DNA from: a virus
Taxonomy: Duplodnaviria; Caudoviricetes
Reading direction: 5' to 3' (one strand)
IMG/VR virus record: IMGVR_UViG_3300020336_000246
Coordinates: 17,785 to 81,784 of that record
DNA length: 64,000 nucleotides
Of the stretch, positions 37,095 through 46,900 are shown piece after piece (position 1 is the first letter of the stretch; each line of letters opens with the position of its first letter). Under the pieces are notes generated by a model. It saw nothing but the letters and a program-made list of their open reading frames with translations. It was not told the origin of the DNA and did no database searches. The position numbers and the translations under genes are program-made.

Positions 37095-37107
37095 TATTTA
37101 TTAAATA
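37095..37107. promoter_or_regulatory. Back-to-back late-type TAAATA boxes (divergent)
   Basis: TATTTA-T-TAAATA between divergent genes 37068(-) and 37115(+). Confidence 0.65.
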
Positions 37108-37114
37108 AAGTATC

Positions 37115-37699
37115 ATGCTTGTAATAGGTAACGGAGAAAGTAGGCTAGGCCTAGATATAGACACATATAAACGTATAAAAATAGGCTGTAATGCAATACA
37201 CAGAGACTATTATGTACATCATTTGGTGTGTTGTGACCGCCGTATGGTAATAGAAGCACAAGAGAAACGTAACTACGGTTCAATATATACTAGATCAGAT
37301 TGGAAAGACCAATTTAAACTATGTGGGCTAGTACCGCCATTACCTTATGAAGGCGACACAAGGCCTGATGATCCGTGGCATTGGGGCAGTGGACCATATG
37401 CATTATTGCTAGGAGCATACCTATCTGAAAAGCACATGACTGATCCTACGATACACATAATTGGATTTGACATAGGATCTGAATCAGACAAAGTTAATAA
37501 CATATATAAAAGCACACCAAACTATAATGACGCTGATACCAAACCTGTTGATCCAAGTTATTGGATATATCAAATGAACAAGGTATTTGAATGTTTTGAT
37601 AAGGTACAGTTCATTTATTACAATAATAAGCCATGGCCTAAGATAATTAATAATGTAACAAGCAAAAGGACAGAAGAATTTAATGCAACACGAAGCTAG
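37115..37699 (+). CDS. Hypothetical protein (Rossmann-like, glycan-modification-associated type)
   Basis: VIGNGESR, IGCNAIHRD, WGSGPYAL, IHIIGFD. Confidence 0.65.
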   Translation: MLVIGNGESRLGLDIDTYKRIKIGCNAIHRDYYVHHLVCCDRRMVIEAQEKRNYGSIYTRSDWKDQFKLCGLVPPLPYEGDTRPDDPWHWGSGPYALLLGAYLSEKHMTDPTIHIIGFDIGSESDKVNNIYKSTPNYNDADTKPVDPSYWIYQMNKVFECFDKVQFIYYNNKPWPKIINNVTSKRTEEFNATRS

Positions 37700-38330
37700 A
37701 CACTATCCAGCTTTTCCAACTTTGGTTTCAAGTTTCGACTTGAAGGATCATTCTTGTGAAAAGACTGTTATTGATATGATCGAAACCTGGGAACGCACAG
37801 GTGATCATGTTTTGGTACATGAAGGTCAAAGCAGTTACATCACTGGTGATGAAATGTTTTTAAATGATAAGAGATTAGTTGACCTTTGGAAAACAATACA
37901 GGAATGTTGCGATCAATATAGCAACGAATCGGGTATTGATTACACACTTATTTCTACAAGTTGGTTTAACACATTGTATGAAAAAGGATCTGTTACTGCT
38001 CATAGACACGAAAGAAGTGTTATCAGTGGAGCATACTATCCTAAGGTAGATCCAAACAGTTCACCGTTGGTTTTTGAAAGTCCTTTACAACCATATCAAA
38101 TGAACATGAACAATATAAGACAGACCAACTACAATGCTTATAACTTAGACTTTATGCCACAGGATGGCTTGTTAGTTTTGTTTCCTAGTTGGCTAAGGCA
38201 TTCTGTTCCTTCAAACCCAACAGAAAAAAGATACACAATTAGTTTTAATACGATTAGAAGAGATGATAGAGAACACTTTCAAACATTAAGAGATTATAGA
38301 ACGGACCCACATGAAAGCACAGATACCTGA
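37683..38330 (+). CDS. 2OG-Fe(II) oxygenase-like protein (TIGR02466-type)
   Basis: HRH, VISGAYY, LFPSWLRHSV, RYTISFN. Confidence 0.85.
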   Translation: MQHEARHYPAFPTLVSSFDLKDHSCEKTVIDMIETWERTGDHVLVHEGQSSYITGDEMFLNDKRLVDLWKTIQECCDQYSNESGIDYTLISTSWFNTLYEKGSVTAHRHERSVISGAYYPKVDPNSSPLVFESPLQPYQMNMNNIRQTNYNAYNLDFMPQDGLLVLFPSWLRHSVPSNPTEKRYTISFNTIRRDDREHFQTLRDYRTDPHESTDT

Positions 38331-38910
38331 TCAACAGTTTAGGAAAGCAGACTATAATATTTTTCCTACACTGGTACAAGTACATCATATAGATTGTGAC
38401 ACAAAAATAGTAAACGCATTCTTAGATGATTGTGATATGGAAACTTGGCCAGATGATATAGGTAAAGGAACAACCAGTAGTAGACAAGTTGAAAACTTAT
38501 TACACATAAACGAATTTGCAGATATGAAAAAAACTATCGAAGAACGTTTAAATGAATACTGTGATGATGCAGGACTTGAACCTGTTGACATAGGTAAGAG
38601 TTGGATCAATCATCAAGTACAGGAAGGTTATGTTGCTAGTCATAGACATGAACTATCTATTGTAAGTGGAGCATACTATCCAATAGTAGAAGAAGGAAGT
38701 GCAAGTATAGTATTTGAAAGTCCTATTAGAACTCCACGTATGTCTGAGATACATAACAAGGCAACAAACTTTACTGCTGATAAAATGGAATTTGAACCAA
38801 AAAGCGGAATGTTGATATTATTCCCTAGTTGGTTATACCATAGTAGCCTTCCAAATAAAACGGCAAAACGTATTACGATTAGTTTCAATACTTTTCATAA
38901 AAACAGTTGA
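38311..38910 (+). CDS. 2OG-Fe(II) oxygenase-like protein (TIGR02466-type), tandem paralogue
   Basis: HRH, IVSGAYY, LFPSWLYHSS, RITISFN. Confidence 0.85.
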   Translation: MKAQIPDQQFRKADYNIFPTLVQVHHIDCDTKIVNAFLDDCDMETWPDDIGKGTTSSRQVENLLHINEFADMKKTIEERLNEYCDDAGLEPVDIGKSWINHQVQEGYVASHRHELSIVSGAYYPIVEEGSASIVFESPIRTPRMSEIHNKATNFTADKMEFEPKSGMLILFPSWLYHSSLPNKTAKRITISFNTFHKNS

Positions 38911-38935
38911 CATTTGATTGGAAAGGTTATATAAT
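38907..38935 (+). promoter_or_regulatory. Sigma70-type promoter for queD
   Basis: Perfect TTGACA-N17-TATAAT. Confidence 0.85.
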
Positions 38936-38943
38936 TAAACAAT

Positions 38944-38986
38944 GAGGACTTTAACAACGTCGACCCTCTTTAAATACTCCGCCGTT
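38944..38986 (+). promoter_or_regulatory. Candidate pseudoknotted 5' leader of queD
   Basis: GAGG/CCTC stem; loop AACGTCG complementary (one mismatch) to downstream CGCCGTT. Confidence 0.35.
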
Positions 38987-39002
38987 ATAACTGGAGAGAA
39001 AT

Positions 39003-39452
39003 ATGAGTAAACATTATAGTACAAAACATTACGGACACAACATTGGGTTGAGTGCAGTCTTTAGACAGCCAAACGCAGATCATTCACATTGTCATTTGCT
39101 ACACGGATACAGTCTAGCATTTACATTTAAGTTTGGTTGTGATAAATTAGACAATAAGAATTGGGCAGTTGACTTTGGTGGGCTGAAGCCTGTCAAGAAA
39201 TGGTTAGAAGATAACTTTGATCATAAACTTGTTTTAGATTCTAAGGATCCTCACATAGATAAATTTAGAGAGCTAGAAGAAATGGATCTAGCAAGTATTG
39301 TTATTATGGACGGAGTTGGTGCAGAGAAGTTTGCCGAACACGCCTTTAACTTTGCTGACAAACATATTAGAGCACAGACAGATGACAGATGTTATGTGGT
39401 ATCAGTAGAATGTGCAGAACATGGAGCCAATAGTGCAATTTACGAAGGATAG
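39003..39452 (+). CDS. queD: 6-pyruvoyl/6-carboxy-tetrahydropterin synthase family protein (QueD-like)
   Basis: CHLLHGYS, VDFGGLK..K.WL...FDH, AEKFA, EHGANSA. Confidence 0.88.
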   Translation: MSKHYSTKHYGHNIGLSAVFRQPNADHSHCHLLHGYSLAFTFKFGCDKLDNKNWAVDFGGLKPVKKWLEDNFDHKLVLDSKDPHIDKFRELEEMDLASIVIMDGVGAEKFAEHAFNFADKHIRAQTDDRCYVVSVECAEHGANSAIYEG

Positions 39453-40020
39453 AAGAAACTTCTGGGCAGAACTTAATCAAGCTAGAGCAGGTGGTAAACC
39501 TAAGGTTTGGAAACAAGTATTTCCTGAAGCAACTAATATTAACTTCCACACACTACTAGAAGCTAATCAATACCAAGCGGCAATTACAAATGATGACAAG
39601 ATACTAAAAGGTACTGCTCATCTGCCAGGTGTTGAGATGGATCCAAGAGTAAAACCTTATCACATAGAGTTTATGGAAAACTATGAAAGGGTTGATACTG
39701 AAACACTTTTCAATGCTAGTTTCTTTTTTAGTTTAAGTGACGGACATCATAGTGTACACATACACAGAGATTACGAATCAGTATTACTAATTCAAGGATA
39801 CGGAGACGTTACATTTATTACTGCTAACGAAGACAACAGTCAAAAAGAAGTTCATACACTTAAAACAGGCGATGCAATATTCATTCCAAGACTGTATGGT
39901 CATAAGTCGGTTCCAATGGGTCCAAGGGTAACATTAAGTTTAGGTGCTAACCCATCTAAGGCAATGACTACTAACAACTTCATGAGTCAACCTGCTAACA
40001 CTTCACAGCCGTATAATTAA
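39412..40020 (+). CDS. JmjC/cupin-4-like oxygenase
   Basis: HRD motif, GDAIFIPR..GH; start uncertain. Confidence 0.7.
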   Translation: MQNMEPIVQFTKDRRNFWAELNQARAGGKPKVWKQVFPEATNINFHTLLEANQYQAAITNDDKILKGTAHLPGVEMDPRVKPYHIEFMENYERVDTETLFNASFFFSLSDGHHSVHIHRDYESVLLIQGYGDVTFITANEDNSQKEVHTLKTGDAIFIPRLYGHKSVPMGPRVTLSLGANPSKAMTTNNFMSQPANTSQPYN

Positions 40021-40037
40021 AGGGAGGCCATAAGCCT

Positions 40038-40736
40038 ATGAATTATGTAGTTTGTCTAAAACACGGTGACAAATACGGTGCTGAGTACGTCAATACACTT
40101 TACAGTATGGTCAAACGACATACTACTATCCCCATTGAGTTCATTTGCTTTACTGAAAATCCTAAAGGCATCGACTCAGGTGTTCGAATTCAACCTATTC
40201 CATTGCACCCTGACGTTAAGGGTTGGTGGTATAAACCAATGTTCTTTAATCCTGGACTAAACTTTAAAGGTCCAATGCTTTATATGGATCTAGATATTAT
40301 TATATTTAAAAACATAGATAATCTGTTTGAATACAAGGCAGGAGAATTTTGTGTTCTTAGAGACTTTAATAGATGCATACAATCTAATTGGGATCGTATG
40401 AACTCTAGTATCTTTAGATTACACCCAGGACAACATCAAAACGTATATACAGAATTTATGAAGGATCCAAAATATCATGCCGCAAGGTATCATGGAGATC
40501 AGGATTGGTTATATGCGAATGTAAAAACGCATTTCAATTTCTTTCCAGATGAATGGATACAGAGTTATAAATGGGAAATGCGTGGTAGACCTGAAATGAG
40601 TAGAGCTTCTGGTAAAAGAAACTTTGCAACCAAAGGTATACCAAATATACTGCCAGAGACAAGTATTGCAGTATTTCATGGCGATCCAAATCCAAAAGAC
40701 TGTATTGATGATTGGTGCAGGGAAAATTGGCGATAA
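40038..40736 (+). CDS. Glycosyltransferase (GT-A, DxD)
   Basis: VCLKHGDKYGAEYV, GWWYK, YMDLDII, YHGDQDW, VFHGDPNP. Confidence 0.85.
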   Translation: MNYVVCLKHGDKYGAEYVNTLYSMVKRHTTIPIEFICFTENPKGIDSGVRIQPIPLHPDVKGWWYKPMFFNPGLNFKGPMLYMDLDIIIFKNIDNLFEYKAGEFCVLRDFNRCIQSNWDRMNSSIFRLHPGQHQNVYTEFMKDPKYHAARYHGDQDWLYANVKTHFNFFPDEWIQSYKWEMRGRPEMSRASGKRNFATKGIPNILPETSIAVFHGDPNPKDCIDDWCRENWR

Positions 40737-40741
40737 ATCGC

Positions 40742-40770
40742 TTGACTTTAACCTCAACTACTAATATAAT
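40742..40770 (+). promoter_or_regulatory. Sigma70-type promoter
   Basis: TTGACT-N17-TATAAT. Confidence 0.8.
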
Positions 40771-40776
40771 ATAACT

Positions 40777-41463
40777 ATGAAAAAAATATTTAAACATAAA
40801 GCATTTCGCATCTCGTTCTATGTCGTTATTGCATTGTTAGGTATGTTAATTACCTTTGCATACGGAACGTTTAAACCTAACTATCTTGTAAAAGAAAAAC
40901 TCAAGGCAAAATACGAATCAAGTCTTGTAGCAGAATGGAATAGTTATGGTTTCATAGAACCTAGTATTGAATATTCAACAAATCTACAATTTGTAAAAGC
41001 AGTAGGTAGATGTATTGATTTTATTAACTTACACCTTGAACCACAACAAAGAGTACACAGAGATATCATTATAGCAATGGCTGTGTTAGAAACAGGTTAT
41101 GGTACTAGTAGGTTTGCCAAAGAGGCAAATAATCTATTTGGTATTAGAACATGGGATAAGAACACACCACAACTTAAAGCAAAAGAAAATCCTAATGCAA
41201 GTTGGGGTGTAAAGAAATATCCAACAAAATGTTTATCTGTAAAAAACATGATTAGTATTATTAACAAACTTCATGTTTACGAAGACTTTAGAACTGAAAG
41301 AGCAAAGCAGTTTGAGTCAGGAAAGATTGATGTTAATGCACAGATTGATCATTTACATAAATGGAGTACTAACCCAGACTATACCAAGCTAGTTAAGAAC
41401 AGAGCCAAAAAAGTTCATGCACAATTAGAAGCAAAAGAAGTTGACACCTTTGAGAAAAAGTAG
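40777..41463 (+). CDS. Membrane-anchored glucosaminidase (GH73/Bax-like)
   Basis: N-terminal TM; AVLETGYGTSRFAKEANNLFGIR; WSTNPDY. Confidence 0.85.
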   Translation: MKKIFKHKAFRISFYVVIALLGMLITFAYGTFKPNYLVKEKLKAKYESSLVAEWNSYGFIEPSIEYSTNLQFVKAVGRCIDFINLHLEPQQRVHRDIIIAMAVLETGYGTSRFAKEANNLFGIRTWDKNTPQLKAKENPNASWGVKKYPTKCLSVKNMISIINKLHVYEDFRTERAKQFESGKIDVNAQIDHLHKWSTNPDYTKLVKNRAKKVHAQLEAKEVDTFEKK

Positions 41464-41469
41464 TATAAT
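41441..41469 (+). promoter_or_regulatory. Sigma70-type promoter for uvsE
   Basis: Perfect TTGACA-N17-TATAAT within the upstream CDS end. Confidence 0.82.
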
Positions 41470-41475
41470 AGTATT

Positions 41476-42486
41476 ATGATAGAACGTATAGGTTTCGCCT
41501 GTAAATATATGCACCCGGATCAGACGCAGAAGAAAAAACTGCTAGAAGAGATCCAACGACCTTTGAACACTCGTAGCACAACCGTACAATGGTTGAATAG
41601 GCAAACACGAGATGTAGCAGAACAAAGGCTATGGGACATTATGGTTCACAACATACAGAGTTTTCATAACTTGATAGAATATGTTGGTGGACTACGAGAT
41701 GAGTTACGAATGGTTCGACTAGGATCAGATGTACTTCCTGTTTACACACAGGCAGATTGGTCTTACTATTGGAAGAAGCCTGACGTAATTGCATACTGTG
41801 AAACACACTTTGCCAAGGTAGGCGAACTTGCAAGAAAGCTAGATGTTAGACTTTCTATGCACCCAGGACAATTTACTGTCCTTGCTAGTGATAACCCAGA
41901 AATAGTAAATAGAAGTATAGAGGAGTTTGAATATCATGTTGATTGCATCAGATGGATGGGCTACGGCCAACAATTCCAGGACTTTAAATGCAACGTCCAT
42001 ATATCAGGTAGGCAAGGTCCAGCCGGTATCCAACGAGTCCTCCCAAGATTATCTCAAGAAGCGAGAAACACGATTACGATCGAGAATGACGAAATGTCGT
42101 GGGGCATCGAAGCATCGCTCGAACTCCAAGATGATGTCGCACTCGTACTTGACATACACCACCACTGGGTACGAACTGGTGAATACATACACCCCACCGA
42201 CGATAGATTTTTACGCATAGTAGATAGTTGGCGTGGCGTTAGACCTGTCATACATTATTCTGTATCACGTGAAGATCTACTTGTAGGTCATGATGCTAAT
42301 ACACTACCTAACATGGACGAGCTATTAGAACAAGGTTACAAGAAAGCTAAACTACGTGCCCACAGTGATATGATGTGGAATCATGCAGTAAATGACTGGG
42401 CATTAACGTTTAAACCGTCAGCAGACATCATGGTAGAATCCAAACACAAGAACCTAGCCAACTCAGCACTATTAGAAGCCGCATAA
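41476..42486 (+). CDS. uvsE: UV DNA damage endonuclease
   Basis: RLSMHPGQF, ITIENDE, LVLDIHHHW, HYSVSRE, RAHSD, IMVESKHK. Confidence 0.92.
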   Translation: MIERIGFACKYMHPDQTQKKKLLEEIQRPLNTRSTTVQWLNRQTRDVAEQRLWDIMVHNIQSFHNLIEYVGGLRDELRMVRLGSDVLPVYTQADWSYYWKKPDVIAYCETHFAKVGELARKLDVRLSMHPGQFTVLASDNPEIVNRSIEEFEYHVDCIRWMGYGQQFQDFKCNVHISGRQGPAGIQRVLPRLSQEARNTITIENDEMSWGIEASLELQDDVALVLDIHHHWVRTGEYIHPTDDRFLRIVDSWRGVRPVIHYSVSREDLLVGHDANTLPNMDELLEQGYKKAKLRAHSDMMWNHAVNDWALTFKPSADIMVESKHKNLANSALLEAA

Positions 42487-42504
42487 TATCAGCTAAATAT
42501 TAGC

Positions 42505-43056
42505 ATGATAATAAGAGAACTATTAGAAGCCAAAGAGCAATCACTAACTCTAGAGAAGTTACCGTATTCAATAGGTGACTTGGCTCCTATATTATCAAAG
42601 GAGAACGTAGACTATCATTACAATGTTCTGTCAAAAGGATATGTGGATAGATACAATGCAGGTGAAGGAGATCCTAAATTTAATTATGGTGGTGCAAAGC
42701 TACATAATTTATGGTGGACACAATTGAAGAAACCAACAGGAACTAATACACCTACAGGTTCAATTTTGGAACTTATTAAAGACAAATTTAGTGATTATAA
42801 AAATTTCCAAGAAGAGCTTGTTAAAACTGCTATGGGCATACAAGGATCGGGTTGGGTTTATCTTTCTAAGAAAGGCGAACTTAAAACAACACCAAACCAA
42901 TCTTTCAAAACAGATATACTGATGCCTGTGGATATGTGGGAACATTCATTTTCAGATTATACCAAAGAAGGTAAAGAGTGCAAAAAGAAATATCTCACTA
43001 GCACAATGAAGTTAATTAACTGGGAAGTTATTAATAACAGACTACAATCAATATAA
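42505..43056 (+). CDS. sod: Fe/Mn superoxide dismutase family protein
   Basis: KLPY, YHY, LHNLWW, QGSGW, DMWEH; short N-terminal extension MIIRELLEA. Confidence 0.88.
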   Translation: MIIRELLEAKEQSLTLEKLPYSIGDLAPILSKENVDYHYNVLSKGYVDRYNAGEGDPKFNYGGAKLHNLWWTQLKKPTGTNTPTGSILELIKDKFSDYKNFQEELVKTAMGIQGSGWVYLSKKGELKTTPNQSFKTDILMPVDMWEHSFSDYTKEGKECKKKYLTSTMKLINWEVINNRLQSI

Positions 43057-43067
43057 GGAGAAATATT

Positions 43068-43241
43068 ATGATCAATCCAATAGACTGGATCAAATCCAGA
43101 TTAGACGAAAGAACATCTTGGGACGGTGCTATGCTTATAGCCATCGGAGTAATTGTTCTTATTGCAGGACCATTTGCTAAAATTGCCGCCTACGCCGCAA
43201 TTGGTTATGGTGCTTGGACTCTTTGGAAAAAAGAGAAATAA
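43068..43241 (+). CDS. Small membrane protein, 57 aa; absent from the ORF track
   Basis: AAGGAG RBS; MINPIDWIKSRLDERTSWDGAMLIAIGVIVLIAGPFAKIAAYAAIGYGAWTLWKKEK. Confidence 0.75.
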   Translation: MINPIDWIKSRLDERTSWDGAMLIAIGVIVLIAGPFAKIAAYAAIGYGAWTLWKKEK

Positions 43242-43265
43242 TCAAAATAGCTTACACGGTTGGTA

Positions 43266-43556
43266 TTATAATTTACTAATATCAATCGTGTCAGCATCTA
43301 TACGCATATTCAATTTCTTGCGTTGCTCAACACCTTTCTTTTGTGCAAATCTTTTAGGATCACATTTAGGACAAACGTGACTATAGTCGTCTGCTAGTCT
43401 TTTAGGGTCTACTTTACCCTTGTCTCGGATAAACTCCTCATGACAGTCGTCGCACTTAAATACTACTAACGTCTTTTTTCGTTTGTATGTATGGTGTTGA
43501 CCCTTTTTACCTTTGCGTAAAAAGTATTGTATTTTGCGTTCAGTTCTTAAAAACAT
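43266..43556 (-). CDS. Hypothetical basic Zn-finger protein
   Basis: CDDC...CPKC; minus-strand TAAATA at 43565-43570. Confidence 0.75.
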   Translation of the reverse strand: MFLRTERKIQYFLRKGKKGQHHTYKRKKTLVVFKCDDCHEEFIRDKGKVDPKRLADDYSHVCPKCDPKRFAQKKGVEQRKKLNMRIDADTIDISKL

Positions 43557-43625
43557 AACAACAATATTTATAAGATTACATTCGGATTATAAAGGATAGG
43601 ATAAATAAAAGCAAAGAGAGATACT

Positions 43626-43949
43626 ATGTCAATTGTAAATCTAACAGAAACAGCAAGGGAGCATATGGCAACAATGCTTAAAGAACACGATAAACCGGCT
43701 ATTAGGCTAGGATTAAAGGGTGGCGGCTGTGCTGGATTCAAATACGAGTGGAGTATGGAAGACGAAATCAAGAGCGATGACGAACAAATTAAGGTAGATG
43801 GCGGTTTGTTTGTTGTAGATCCTGCGAGTGTTATGTACTTATTAGGTACTACAATAGATTATAAGAAAGAAGTATTTGGATCATATTTTGATATTAAAAG
43901 CCCTAATGCAACATCAAGTTGCGGTTGTGGTGAAAGTGTAGGATTTTAG
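43626..43949 (+). CDS. iscA: A-type Fe-S carrier protein (IscA/HesB)
   Basis: GGGCAGFKY, SPNATSSCGCGES. Confidence 0.93.
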   Translation: MSIVNLTETAREHMATMLKEHDKPAIRLGLKGGGCAGFKYEWSMEDEIKSDDEQIKVDGGLFVVDPASVMYLLGTTIDYKKEVFGSYFDIKSPNATSSCGCGESVGF

Positions 43950-43952
43950 TAA

Positions 43953-46900
43953 ATGGCTAAACAAATAATTAATATTGGTGTAGAGGGTAATGACGGTACT
44001 GGTGATAGTATTAGAAATTCGTTTAGAAAAGCTAACGAAAACTTTACAGAATTATATGCAGTATTTGGACAAGGTGGATCGATATCATTTAGAGCATTAA
44101 GTGATGTTCCTGATACACTAACAGCCAATACGGTACCTCAAGTAAATGCGGCAGGTGATGCTCTTGAAATGAAAGCATTACAAGGTGGAATAGGTATTAC
44201 TGTTACACAAAGTTCAAATGCAATTACAATTACAAACAGTGGATCAATAGTTAGTACTGATGGTATACCAAGTTTAGGTGGACCACTTAACGCGGCAAAC
44301 CAAGGTATTGCTAACGTTAACATTTCACAAGCGGCCATTAACGCATTAAACTCAGCACACGGAACAAGTTTTACAGAAGACGACCTTGTTATTACAAAAG
44401 GTTTTGCAGATGGTAGATACTTAACTTCAACAGGATCGCCAGGTGCTTCCGGACAAGTTAGAGTTAGAAGTGAACCAGCTGACGCATCAGGTTATACATT
44501 TACTATTGCAAGTTATAACAACGGTAACGTTGTTGCTAGTGCGGCTCACGGATTTACAACTACTTCAAATGGTATTGCATACAAATACAAATCATCAAGC
44601 ACAGATGCAACTAACCTAACAACAGGAACAACTTATTATCTAAGATATGTAAGTGCTACTGAAATGTCAATTCATGCTTCAAAGGCAGAAGCACAAAACA
44701 ATGACGATGGCACTAGAGTAAGAATTGTAGCTTCAGGAGGTTCTGGAACACAGACAATGACTGATGCTGACTTTGATCCAACGTTAGCAGGATATTGGAT
44801 TAAGTCAGAAGCATTACCAAGAGAATCAATTACTAGACGTCAAGGTGACGAGATGACTGGTACATTGTACTTGAATGACCACCCAGGTTCATTTGCAGGT
44901 GCAGGACAACCAAACGGAATTACAGATAGACAAGCAGTTACAAAATACTACGTAGACAATTCAGCATTTGCAAGTGCTACAAACTTATATGTTAGCACCA
45001 AGGGTGATGACGCAATGGCTAACGTGCCAGTTGGTAGTGAAGGTAGAGCTTGGAACTATGCTTACAAATCAATAGCGGCCGCGGCGGCTAAGGCAGAAGA
45101 AGTTATAACAACTTCTCCTTTAACCATTGGCCCATACAAACAAACAATTACATATAACAGTGGTGTAAGTAATTCAACAGTAGCAACAAGTGGTGTTACT
45201 AGTTCAAGTGGATACGAAGAAGTAAAAGTTCTTACAGATGCTAACTTAAAGTTCATCAGAGAAGAAACTATCAGTTACTTGAACGCAACTTATCCAACGT
45301 ACTTGTTTGATAGAAGTCAATGTAGAAATGACTTAACAAGAATTGCTAACGGTATTATACTAGACATACTAGATGGTACAACTGCAAACTATCACAGTAG
45401 AAATGCAGGTTTAAGATATTACAGTACTGCAAGTGGACAAAAAGCAAGACAGTCACAAAGAACAGAAACATTAGCGGCTATTACATTTGCTAAGGCTCTA
45501 CACGCAAAAGTTATTACCAATGTAATGGAAACAACATTATACCAAGGTCAATTTGCAGTAAGAACAATTGGCTTAGGTGCAAACACTATATCAATAAACA
45601 CAGGTAGCAATAACTATGCTCACACTTATGTAAGTGGTGGTACAGTTACATTTAATGGCGTTGCACATACTATTACAGGTGCAACATACGATCATGTTAA
45701 TGGTGTTGTTACTATTACAACTGCAACCACTCACGGTGCAGTAGCAGGTGACATTGTTACAGTAGCAAACATAACTTGGAACTGTTCATTAGGTAACAAG
45801 GTATATCCAGAAGTTCATGTACAAACAACTGACAATGCACAGGTAGTTGATGCAGTAGGACAATCAGCAGTAGCGGCAAAATGGGATATTGTTTCAACAA
45901 TTATTACAGGTCCAACTATTGCAAGTGCTCCACAACTTGTTGAAGGTAGCACATGGTCAATCACAATTACAAATGGTAGTGTTGGTTATGTTGATCAAAA
46001 CATATCAAGCAACCAAGACTTAATTCCAGGTAAACTTGTTGTAGGTAAAACATCTGGAGCAGTTGGTAGACTAGTAAAAATTACAGCAGGTGCAACACAC
46101 GACACATTAGAATTAGAATTATTAGAACCGTTAACATTTGCAGTTGGTGAAGAACTAGATTACGGTAACAAAACTTCAATAAAGAATATTAGTATTCATG
46201 TTGAATCAGGAACATACAAAGAACAGTTTCCAATTAGAGTACCAAACGGTGTATCAATAAAAGGTGATGAATTTAGACGTGTTATAATTGAACCAGTAGA
46301 CGGAGTTTCAACTTCACAATGGCGTAACGTTTATTTCTACAGAGAGCCTACATTTGATAGCATTGATTTAAAAACAACTTACAATCCAAGTGCAGTAGAA
46401 CTTTTAACTTTAAACAAAGAATATTTAAAAGATGAAACCGTTGCATGGATCGACGCACAGATAGCCGGTGCCGCAGGTATATGGAGTGGCTTTACTTATG
46501 ATAAGAAAAAGTTTGAAGTAGACACTGGTAGAGTTCTTGATGCATTAATCTATGATATTAAACATGGTGGTAATGAAAAGTTTTGGGATCAAGCTAACAC
46601 ATACTACGATGGAACAGTTTCAAACATCGCAGGTAGAGAAGCACAGACAAAAGCGGCGTTTGATCAATTAAGTTCTATTATTAGAACATACATTTTAGCC
46701 AATGCGGCTCATACAAGTTTACAAAGTGTTACAACACAAACAATTGATTCAACAGCAGGTGAAACTGCCGCAGTTACAAAAACAAATACACAATTTACAT
46801 TCCTTGGAAGTGTTCTAACAAGTGGCTTGGGAAGTTTACCTACTTTAGAATCTAGCAGTTATGGTTATCATTACTTAACAGATCATACAAACTCATCAAG

